64,000 bases of DNA from Amphiscolops sp. MND2022 (taxonomy: Eukaryota), in contig OZ076409.1 of NCBI GenBank assembly GCA_964187785.1, forward strand, positions 89,158,001-89,222,000, written 5' to 3'. Below the pieces are notes generated by a model. It made no database searches, was not told the origin of the DNA, and was given only the letters and a program-made list of their open reading frames with translations. Shown here one piece after another: positions 1-9,518 of the stretch. The translations under genes and the position numbers were made by a program. Position 1 is the first letter of the stretch. Every line of letters begins with the position of its first letter.

Positions 1-651
1 TAAGGACCAATTGGAAGTGAATATAAAAGAGTGTAAGATAACACACACGAGTACTACGATGACCAAGATGCTAACTACTACATATACCAATACCTTCATA
101 CATGCAGTCCTGAGTATCATTCCGATAAAATAAAAGGCTGGTGGGTCAATTTCAACAATACATATGGATTTGATGAATAAGAGGCATAGCACTTTTCAAG
201 TGCTGGACCTTATGACGAAAGGCCGGGCAATGAAAGATAATCTAATGGTATATATCACGCAGATCCTTAGTTGGCGAAAATTTATTTTTGTAAAACTATG
301 AAACTCTTAATGGAAGTTTGTATCTGGATAGGTTTTATACATGAAAGATGCCTTTTCATTCATACGTAGTGAACACTTTAGTCATCATTTTGTTTACATC
401 ATATCTAAATGCTGTTGAAGATATGGTAGTAGAGGTCAAAGGAATAGCCACTCAAGGTGAGGAAACCCTCACAACCAACCCTAAATTGTTTACAAGTAAT
501 TGATGAGAGCCTTAGTGGAGCTTACCTTAAAAGGGCTATCTACGGCTTTTATGGACTCCTTATATGGATTCTACGAAACTGATAACCATGACAAGCAACT
601 TTTTGGAGGGAAAACTTATTCTTGAAAGGGAACTAGAAGAAATTTCACCAT

Positions 652-1773
652 ATGGTCTTAGTGAATCTAGAACTCAGTCATCTCACCAGAGTTTTATTCA
701 GTGTCACAAATTCTCCCAAACAAGTGAATTTATATCGGATAATAATGAATAATCTTCAATTCAATCTCGATGAAGACCCACTCTACTCTCCAATTTCACC
801 TGAGGTGGTAGATATCTCTAGCGGATCTGAAGACGGTTTCCTAGTGGAACCTGGCAATACGTTTAAAATAGACGAGAAGTTTAGGATTAACCCTACTGGA
901 ACAAACTTGATGTCAGCATTTATGGGTACTACATCAGCATCCCTGTTCCCTGAAACTAGTGACACCGCAACAATAGTAGAAGAAATGGACACTGCAGGGA
1001 CTCGTTTGGAAAAGGAACTGATGGAACTGGTGGGGGATACCCAAGGAACTCAGCTGTTCTCCCCTAGTTCATTCATGGACAGTGAATTTGAGGAAACTGA
1101 TTCATCTCCTCCTGATCTACTGGAAGGAACTACGGTAAGCACAAACAGTTATGGGCGGCCTATAGCTGCTATACTGCCGACACCTAGGGCCCCACATATA
1201 CATGCAAGGGAAATCTCTCAGCCAATTCCGATATACCCACCCAAATTTCGTCCAGAAAATACGGATTTCCAAATCGTCCAAAACAATGAAATGGTGTTTG
1301 GTAACACGATGGACCAGCCTATGCCCTCACTCGATACAATCCATACTGTAATGCCTTTGAACAACATGACCCCTGTGATCATCCAGCTTCCAATGAGGGG
1401 TGCGCCAGACAGACATCCCCAGATGGTCACCTCATCACAACCGTTAGCTCAGATTGGGTTCCCTTTTAACGTAGCCCACAGTACAAACCATCTGCTTCTC
1501 CCAACAGAAGAGAGACAAAGACACAGGTTAATCCCCACAGTTATGCCTAATGTTGCGGGCTATTGTGATTGGTGCGGAAAAAGCTTCGACCAAGTGGCAT
1601 TGGAGACCTTAGGAGAATATCTCGCAGCAACAGCTTACGAGGGGGAGACTGTGAGAGACAGAGGCGTGCGTTCCCGAGCATTTATTGACGGTTTCAAGCT
1701 CGCACTGTTCTGTTTTAAAAGTGCTGGCCTGTCGCAACCCTACTATTGCGCTGGACCCGTGGTGCAACAATAA
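652..1773 (+). CDS. LTR-encoded ORF of unknown function: acidic/Pro-rich N-terminus, C-terminal CxxC (YCDWCGKSF) domain; probable start at ATG 744
   Basis: 373-codon ORF lying entirely within the LTR; AATAAA at the stop and near 1836. Confidence 0.65.
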   Translation: MVLVNLELSHLTRVLFSVTNSPKQVNLYRIIMNNLQFNLDEDPLYSPISPEVVDISSGSEDGFLVEPGNTFKIDEKFRINPTGTNLMSAFMGTTSASLFPETSDTATIVEEMDTAGTRLEKELMELVGDTQGTQLFSPSSFMDSEFEETDSSPPDLLEGTTVSTNSYGRPIAAILPTPRAPHIHAREISQPIPIYPPKFRPENTDFQIVQNNEMVFGNTMDQPMPSLDTIHTVMPLNNMTPVIIQLPMRGAPDRHPQMVTSSQPLAQIGFPFNVAHSTNHLLLPTEERQRHRLIPTVMPNVAGYCDWCGKSFDQVALETLGEYLAATAYEGETVRDRGVRSRAFIDGFKLALFCFKSAGLSQPYYCAGPVVQQ

Positions 1774-2483
1774 AAAAACAGAACAGTACGAGGAAAGGGT
1801 ATGATCACACATTTCAAACTTCCTAAACTATATGAATAAACAATTTGATTTCATGTATTTTGTATAAATTATTTGAATATTTGTAAAGGCAATTAGCCGA
1901 TTGGATGATGTCTTACCCCATTCATAATTTACATGAAACCATGGAAGTTACTATTTGCAGTAGTTCTAAGATGCTAATTTGTGTTATGCGTCACACCTCG
2001 TGTAGTATTACAATGAGACTACGTGCATGTGCATTTATCAATGTAAACATTATGCTATATTGTACGTTTATGAATACTATGAGTATGCGTCAATATACGC
2101 TTTCACGGCCACCAACCATACGTGATCATACGCATTTGTGTTTTCAGTATATGCGTCATCATGCGTGATGGAATGATTTATTTAGAATGTGCTGTGTGTT
2201 CTCCAATTATGCAATAACATGCGGTAGTGAAGCAATGTACATACGTTAACATACGTTTTTGATTATACGTCATTATACGTACTTCTGACAACCGTATGTG
2301 CGTTAGGATACACTTTTGCTTTCAAATACGCGTATGCTACAATGTACATCATTTAGCGTTTTCCTTAACACCAATTGTGCGTCAATATGCGTATATAAGA
2401 GTATGATGCTTATGCGTAAAGGTGCGGTTTCATTGGAAACCCTAGATTTAGCTTTTTGGACGTCATGTAACTTCGAATTTGTA

Positions 2484-2516
2484 CTTTATAAATAGTCTTT
2501 ACGTCATCTGACGCAA
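2484..2516 (+). promoter_or_regulatory. Putative LTR TATA box (TATAAATA) followed by an ACGTCA-TC-TGACG inverted motif
   Basis: About 290 bp upstream of gag ATG 2780; also present in the 3' LTR. Confidence 0.4.
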
Positions 2517-2779
2517 TTCTATTTATATTTTGAATAGCGATGATGTGCTAGAAAAAGAGTGTCATGTAAAATATTTTTCTTGGATTGATAAGGAGTGAAA
2601 AAGAAACAACACAAAAACGTACCTCTCTACGAATGCAGTTGCCTATTGCTTTTCCTAACTTCGTGACAGCTTCTTTGATCTATTTCCCGTTTGTCTCTTT
2701 GATTTGATTTAAAGTAAAGACTTTGAATAAATTCAAATTCTTCCCCAACAACCAAATAACCATTTTTCACTTGAGCAGA

Positions 2780-4472
2780 ATGGGAAACAAAAGAAACAGG
2801 AAGTCTAGAAGATTGAGAACTCTATCTCCTGATGGAAACTTGAGTGAAACACAACTAGAAACTTCTACCCAGGGTAATGATACATTAACCAATATTGGGT
2901 CCAACACACAAAGAATATCAAACGGCGATGAAATTAGGACTCAACTGATAGAACCTAGTCAGATAAGTAATGAGATCCAAGCATGGACGAATAATTTTGA
3001 ACAAAAGAATAATGATAGAATTATGAAAATGAGAGAAGAAATGGAGAACAAACTAGATGCTATCTTAAAAGAAATAAAGTCTAATAAAAGTGCATCTCTG
3101 GCGACAAACTCAAGATCTGAAACGAATGATGTTCCAAACATGCAACCATCAGGGTCCAGGTTAGGTCAGTCTAATGGAGTACACGCATCTTTTGATGAAA
3201 ATTTAGAACTAGATGATGAAGGTTATCCTCCCCAAACTTCCAAAATGAGAGACCTCAGGCATCCAGCTAAACCACCAATGTTTCGAAGCGAATCTGATGT
3301 AGACACAACTATACACTCAGACGAAGAGTCAGACCTGGAGGAGGATTATCACATGGTGACAGGAGCCAATAGACAACTCCATAGACAAAGTTCGCAAAAC
3401 TCTCAACCTTTAAACGATCACACTGGACCTCACGCAGAACAAACAACGTCAACACTGGCGGATAAACCCCTTGACCCAGTCAACCAAATCGCACTTGCAA
3501 TTGAGAAATTAGCAAACAAAATCCCCCAACAATCACTTTTCACCCCAAAAACACATTAACATTCAATGGCAAAAACGAGAAAAATGAAAAATTTGAATAT
3601 TTCGAAGATCTGTTTCATACAACACTTCGAATGCAGCCAAACCTAACCGAGGACATGAAAATCAACCACTTTCACGCACACCTCAGAGGTTTAGCCCTAA
3701 ACACTTTCAAAAATATACAAAAAACACCAAATACAACACTGGAAGACATCTTAAAAGTCTTTCGCAGGAAATATGTCAAACCGGAATCCAGTGCATCAGC
3801 AAAACACAGATTCAATAGACTTTTCTTTGACCCCGAAAACCAAAAACTACCGGACTTTCTAGAAGAACTCCAGGAGAGTGCTGAAAAGGCGTTTGGCGAC
3901 AACGCGCACCAAATGATAGAAAACTTACTCTACGCGAAAATGCCCCCTCACCTCAAAAAATCCATTAACCAAGCGTATCTCGAGAATGGAACATACAACC
4001 AAATCGTAAAACATCTCGAGAGGGAGATGGAGCTAAACGGTTTGGAGAACGATGAAACTTCAGTCAAAACCCAAATGACTGTTACTAAAAAAGAGCAAAA
4101 ACCTGAAAAACCAACCAAAAAGCAAAATGACAAACCTAAAACTCAAAACCCAAAAACGGTACCAAATAAGACACTTAAAGACGATCAGTGCCGTTTTTGT
4201 AAAGAGACAGGCCACATGATGTCCGATTGTCCCAAACTAGCAAAAAGACGTAAACTCGAAGAGGACCCGGATGCAGAAAAATGTCAAAACTGCAACACAC
4301 CTGGTCATGAAGAAGAAAACTGCTACTTCGGCGCCAATATGGAAAATCGCCCACCAAAATGGAACCTCACAGACGTCAAAAGAAAGTCATCGAAGCTTAC
4401 AAACAAGCTCGAAAACCCATAAAACCAAAAATAGAACGACCCCAACAATCCTCTTCCAAGGATTTAAACTAG
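2780..4472 (+). CDS. gag: Gag, starting inside the LTR; two apparent 1-nt deletions (~3540, ~4378); two CCHC zinc knuckles
   Basis: ORFs 2723-3559 and 3631-4422 plus a third-frame tail QKKVIEAYKQARKPIKPKIERPQQSSSKDLN* ending at TAG 4470-4472. Knuckles CRFCKETGHMMSDC and CQNCNTPGHEEENC. Confidence 0.85.
3354..3365 (+). promoter_or_regulatory. Primer binding site TGGTGACAGGAG (possibly tRNA-Leu)
   Basis: TGG immediately follows the LTR end CA. The complement CUCCUGUCACCA resembles tRNA-Leu 3' ends; the tRNA identity is inferred. Confidence 0.75.
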
Positions 4473-7400
4473 AAACGCCACGCCTTAACAACCAAAACGA
4501 CCAAATAAATACAAAACCACAAGACGACTGGCAGCGTCAAGTGGAAACCCCAAATATACAACTTAAACAACTGACTACAGAACCAGACTACACACTTCAA
4601 ACACTTACACAATCAGACAGTAATCAACCTGCACAAGAATCCTACTACGACCTCATGAGAGATGCCCCTGACAAGTATTTCTCAGACCACATCCAAACCC
4701 CCACAGCACTCACAGAAAACCCACCAAAAATTCATCACCCGAGCACCTTCTCTTGCAATGAACAAAAACAACCCCTTTTGGATGAGGACATCACAAACCA
4801 CATCCAGTTTGACCGGGAACGCAACCTGTCATACCTACCTATGTCAACCTCGCTAACATTGAAACGAAAACGCCACATGTACTATATGCCAATGGACTTC
4901 GAAAAACTCACACTTGATGGACTCATTGACACAGGAGCCCTGACTAGTGCGATTTCTGAACAAGACCTCAACAAAATCAGATTGATCGCCAATGAAGCAA
5001 TAAAAGACACTGGCCCACCGCCAAATTTCCAAATCATGGTGGCCAATGATCAATTAGAAGTACCAATAGGCACAGTACTACTCGAATTTGAAGTGGCTGA
5101 TTTCATGTTACGCGAAAACTTCATCATCATGATAAACCTACCAAACCCACTCATTGGTCTCTGCTTTCTTCGCAGAAACAATGCAGTTTTTGATGTCACA
5201 CAAGGCATCCTAACTTTTCCATACCTCTCAATGCAATTAAAGCCAGATACGCAAACAACAATGCGTCAAGCAACGCTTTTATTTGCTGAAAATACATACA
5301 CGCTCCAACCAGGTGAAACCCTTGCTATAGCAAGCAGAATGCCCCAACTGTTAGACCATGATGCAGCAGGAATAGTCACACCTTCACCGCAATTCGAAAG
5401 CCACGACAGCATTTTCATCACATCGTCACTTAGTACGGTCAACAATAATGCTATCGGGTACCAAATAATCAACTTTTCAGAACTTCCATACACAATAGTT
5501 TGTGACACCCATTTAGCAGACTTCAAAATCCTCACACCGGAACAAATCAAACATATACAACCGGTAGATCCAGCGATGTTGTCATTCATGATACAACATG
5601 AAGAAACCACTGAAATCTACATAAATGAATTATTGAAAGTTCCTTCACAAAACACTGAACAAGAATCTTATTGGTTCCCAACACCAGAAGATCCAGGAGA
5701 TCCTACAACGTATACCCCAATCCAACAACGAATCTACAATGAACTCCTTGAGCTCAAAGAACTTGAACAACTCAACCCACAAGACAATGACAAATCCAGA
5801 AAAATTTTTCTTTCGAATTTCGACTGGACCGACACCACGCTCAACCCAGAAGAACAGAAACAAATTGAAGAAATCCTCATTGAATTCCACGACATTTTCG
5901 CCAGACATCGATTCGACATTGGCACCAATCGTGAATTCAAGGTTAAGCTTACACCATACGATGACCGACCAGCATACAGTCAAAGTTTACCGACACCAAT
6001 CAACCTTAAAGATGATATTACGGTAGAACTAGCACTTCTACACAAATATGGAATCATAACAACCCTACCTTTCTCAAAATACGCTAGTCCAATCTTTGCA
6101 CAACGCAAACCGAACGGACGCCTCAGATTACTAGTGGATCTCAGGAAAATCAACAACCTAATCACTGAAGACTACATCAACAACAACCATCCGGTAAGCA
6201 CTTTATCGGATGCCGCACAACATATGGCAGGCAAGAAACTTTTCTGCAAATTAGACTGCTCCCAAGCTTACCACTGCCTTCAAATGGCAGACTACCAATC
6301 TATTCAGATGCTTGCTTTCAACTTTGCAAGCCGAACCTTTGCTTACCGCCGACTCGCCCAAGGGCTTAGCAGATCTCTTTCGGCTTTCTCAAGCTTCATG
6401 AGGGAATACCTTGACAAAGCGATCAAGGCCGACCAATGTGCACAGTACGTTGATGACATTGGTATAGCAGCAAATGACTCACAACAGCTATGCGCCAACA
6501 TCAAGACGGTTTTTGAATGCATTCGAAACGCTGGTCTAAAACTCACAATGTCCAAATGTCATTTCGGAGTCAAACAAGTCGACTTTCTGGGCAGAACAAT
6601 TACGCCTGAAGGCGTCGCTCCGCAAGCCGACAAAGTCAAAAATTTCTTATCAAAGTTGAGATTCCCCAAATCCAAAAAAGCACTCCAGAGGTATATAGGA
6701 TTTTTAAACTATTACCGCAATTACATGCCGAGACTTTCTGAACGATTATCTCCGTTCTTTAAACTTCTCAAAGAAACCTCCAAATTCTATGTACCCACGA
6801 ATCTGGTCGAAGACTTCACCAATCTGAACAACCTTCTTGAGAATTCTTGCAAACTAGCCCTAAAACAACCTCTTAAAGAGAAACAACTCATAGTCATGTC
6901 TGATGCAAGTTTTACAGCAGCAGGATACGCCATCATGATAGAAGATGATCCCAGTCAAAAACTTCAGTCCAAACGCAAAACATATGCACCTATAGCATTT
7001 GGTTCTAAAACCTTCAACGCAACACAAACAAAATTATCAATCTATGCGAAAGAATTCCTTTCCATCTACTTTGCTTTTGTCGAATTTGGACAGCTCATGT
7101 GGGGCAGCACATTCCCAATCATAGTGTTCACGGACAACAGAGCGGTTACCCGTTTCTTTCAAGCAAAACTCATTCCTCCAGCACTCTGGAATGCATGCGA
7201 TTATGTCCTACAATACAATTTTGTCATTGCCCATGTTGCTGGTTCAATGAATACTGCGGCGGATTTCCTGTCTAGAACGGAAGTCAACCCAGTTGAAAAA
7301 CTCGAAATGAGCATAAAAAACGATATACAAACGAAAGCGATAGAAGTCAATATACAATCCTCAGGTATCGTAGAAGAAGAACAAATTTACATCCTCCCTG

Positions 7401-9340
7401 ACGATGAATTTGATGAAAACAAACTTTGGGAGGAAAAACAAAATGTGAGAAATCAGGCTCAAACTGAAACTCACAATGACCCAGAAAACAACGTTACTGA
7501 ACTTCAACAGTTTCACAAACCGACATCAGGCTTAAATACATGTTCCGAAGGACATTTCAGAGACAATGCCAGAATCAGACTCGAACAAAACAATGACATC
7601 GTTCTCAGAAATCTCAGAGCTAAAATCGAAGGAAACCCGTTTGATGAAAACGACTTCCCATCTGACTACAGATACCAACATTACCTCCAAAACATAACCA
7701 GAATTGAAATCAAGCAAGAGGTTCTAACGAGAAAATACTACACAGAAACAGGAACCACTTCACATTATCAGATTTTGTTACCAACACAACTCCTAGAACA
7801 ACTACTTCAAGCCCTACATGGTCACAACTCGAACCATCCAGGTATCACAAAGATGATACAAGAAGTGAGGCAGAAATACTATTACCCGTGCATTGCAAAA
7901 TACATTAAAAAATGGGTGAGTAATTGTCAAACCTGCATACAAACCAAAAGGATTAATAATGACCTTCTCAAAACCGAACTACTTAATTGCCCAGAATGGG
8001 ACCTCGGCCCTGAAGACATCCTCCAAATGGACATCCTACCAAATCTTCCACCCAGTGGCGGATACGACCACATTATAACAGCAATTGATGTCTTCTCACG
8101 ATACTTGTTTGCCTACCCAGTGACTCGAATCACCGCAACATCAGTCGCCCGAGTAATAATGGACATTTTATGCAAACATACATACCTTCCAACAACCATA
8201 ATCACAGACATTGGCACACAATTCAACGCCCAAGTAACACACGAAGTCACAGCAGTCCTAGGTGTTGAGCTTAAACATGCAACAATGAAACACGCTCAAA
8301 CAATAGGACTCCTGGAAAGAACACATGCTTCAGTCAAAACCCAACTCAAAGCAGCAACTGGAGAATTCCGACATAATTGGCATAAATTTCTCCCGTTAGC
8401 AGTACTAAATCACAACACAACTTATCATGCATCGCTTGGTTGCGAACCTTCACGAGTTTTTCATGCTCGCATACCACACAACATACTAGATTACAAGTTA
8501 GGATATAATCCTAATCCGAAATACCAACCCCATTCTGATGTCGCAGAAGAAATACAAAGAAGAATGAGAATACTTTTAGACCAAACCAAAAAGAACATAA
8601 TGCAATCCTATCTTAAATACAAAGCCTATTATAATAGGAAGGCCAAGGCATCACCGCTGGAAACAACGGACTACTGCTACATTTTAAATCCGAAAGCTGA
8701 CACACAGGCAATGAAAATACCATTCCGTGAATTCAGGTGGCAGGGTCCTTACAAAGTTGAAAAAGTCCTTCCTAACAACAATTACATAGTTAGAAGACTA
8801 GGAACAAACAAAACACAACTCTTACACCGAATTCGGTTGAGGAAATTTACACCGCACGCACCTTTAGCTGACATTTTTGTCCGCGAAGCCGACTGGCAAA
8901 AAGATGAGCAAATGCCAGTGGCTCACGATGACTTATATGCCCAATCATGGAACACAAACTTTGGACCTAATCCCTTCGAAGATAGTCCTCCGAATAATAC
9001 ACAAGACACTGATGACGTGGAATACCTACCTGTCGATGCACCTGAAAATAACCACCCTCCCTCCCTCGAATTTCCAAAAAACAGTGGGGGGAGCCCAGTG
9101 GAACAGTCCACTGAACGTGAAGAAGAAAATTATGATGAAATCCAGCAAGAAATTCAAAATGATGATACAGAAACCTCCCAAGAAACTCCAAAAGAAAATA
9201 CGCCAGAAAAACAAACCCAAAAAAGCCCAGAAAACTCACAAAATACCCCACTGCAAAAAGAACCCATAAATACTCGTGGTGAAAAATACAACCTACGTCC
9301 CAACCCCAACCCAAACTTCTCCGACTCGTATAGATACTAA
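4463..9340 (+). CDS. pol: Pol polyprotein: aspartic protease, possible degenerate dUTPase-like spacer, RT, RNase H, integrase
   Basis: LIDTGA (PR); KLDCSQAY and YVDD (RT); SDAS and FTDNR (RH); H-x4-H...CxxC, DDE core and GPY motif (IN). Uninterrupted ORF. Confidence 0.97.
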   Translation, partial: FKLETPRLNNQNDQINTKPQDDWQRQVETPNIQLKQLTTEPDYTLQTLTQSDSNQPAQESYYDLMRDAPDKYFSDHIQTPTALTENPPKIHHPSTFSCNEQKQPLLDEDITNHIQFDRERNLSYLPMSTSLTLKRKRHMYYMPMDFEKLTLDGLIDTGALTSAISEQDLNKIRLIANEAIKDTGPPPNFQIMVANDQLEVPIGTVLLEFEVADFMLRENFIIMINLPNPLIGLCFLRRNNAVFDVTQGILTFPYLSMQLKPDTQTTMRQATLLFAENTYTLQPGETLAIASRMPQLLDHDAAGIVTPSPQFESHDSIFITSSLSTVNNNAIGYQIINFSELPYTIVCDTHLADFKILTPEQIKHIQPVDPAMLSFMIQHEETTEIYINELLKVPSQNTEQESYWFPTPEDPGDPTTYTPIQQRIYNELLELKELEQLNPQDNDKSRKIFLSNFDWTDTTLNPEEQKQIEEILIEFHDIFARHRFDIGTNREFKVKLTPYDDRPAYSQSLPTPINLKDDITVELALLHKYGIITTLPFSKYASPIFAQRKPNGRLRLLVDLRKINNLITEDYINNNHPVSTLSDAAQHMAGKKLFCKLDCSQAYHCLQMADYQSIQMLAFNFASRTFAYRRLAQGLSRSLSAFSSFMREYLDKAIKADQCAQYVDDIGIAANDSQQLCANIKTVFECIRNAGLKLTMSKCHFGVKQVDFLGRTITPEGVAPQADKVKNFLSKLRFPKSKKALQRYIGFLNYYRNYMPRLSERLSPFFKLLKETSKFYVPTNLVEDFTNLNNLLENSCKLALKQPLKEKQLIVMSDASFTAAGYAIMIEDDPSQKLQSKRKTYAPIAFGSKTFNATQTKLSIYAKEFLSIYFAFVEFGQLMWGSTFPIIVFTDNRAVTRFFQAKLIPPALWNACDYVLQYNFVIAHVAGSMNTAADFLSRTEVNPVEKLEMSIKNDIQTKAIEVNIQSSGIVEEEQIYILPDDEFDENKLWEEKQNVRNQAQTETHNDPENNVTELQQFHKPTSGLNTCSEGHFRDNARIRLEQNNDIVLRNLRAKIEGNPFDENDFPSDYRYQHYLQNITRIEIKQEVLTRKYYTETGTTSHYQILLPTQLLEQLLQALHGHNSNHPGITKMIQEVRQKYYYPCIAKYIKKWVSNCQTCIQTKRINNDLLKTELLNCPEWDLGPEDILQMDILPNLPPSGGYDHIITAIDVFSRYLFAYPVTRITATSVARVIMDILCKHTYLPTTIITDIGTQFNAQVTHEVTAVLGVELKHATMKHAQTIGLLERTHASVKTQLKAATGEFRHNWHKFLPLAVLNHNTTYHASLGCEPSRVFHARIPHNILDYKLGYNPNPKYQPHSDVAEEIQRRMRILLDQTKKNIMQSYLKYKAYYNRKAKASPLETTDYCYILNPKADTQAMKIPFREFRWQGPYKVEKVLPNNNYIVRRLGTNKTQLLHRIRLRKFTPHAPLADIFVREADWQKDEQMPVAHDDLYAQSWNTNFGPNPFEDSPPNNTQDTDDVEYLPVDAPENNHPPSLEFPKNSGGSPVEQSTEREEENYDEIQQEIQNDDTETSQETPKENTPEKQTQKSPENSQNTPLQKEPINTRGEKYNLRPNPNPNFSDSYRY

Positions 9341-9518
9341 AAACTGACAAATGAAGATTTCTTATCTTTTTCTCCGGAGCTTTTTTCATTGTTTTTACTG
9401 TTGTTGGCTTTAATAATGTACAACAACTGCTCCTCTAAATACTCATAGTAACATCAGAGACATAACAATAACATACAAACAGTAAATACAAAAAACGAGA
9501 ATTGTTTTAAACAGTACA

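Larger units (their letters stand above)
1..3353 (+). repeat. 5' LTR (truncated by window start)
   Basis: Matches 14811-18161 apart from scattered substitutions and small indels; identity stops exactly at TCACA before the PBS. Confidence 0.93.

Noticed and set aside
4853..9389. Minus-strand and alternative-frame ORFs over pol (likewise over pPolB, capsid genes and host exons)
   Set aside because: Shadow ORFs of long coding regions with no recognisable motifs.
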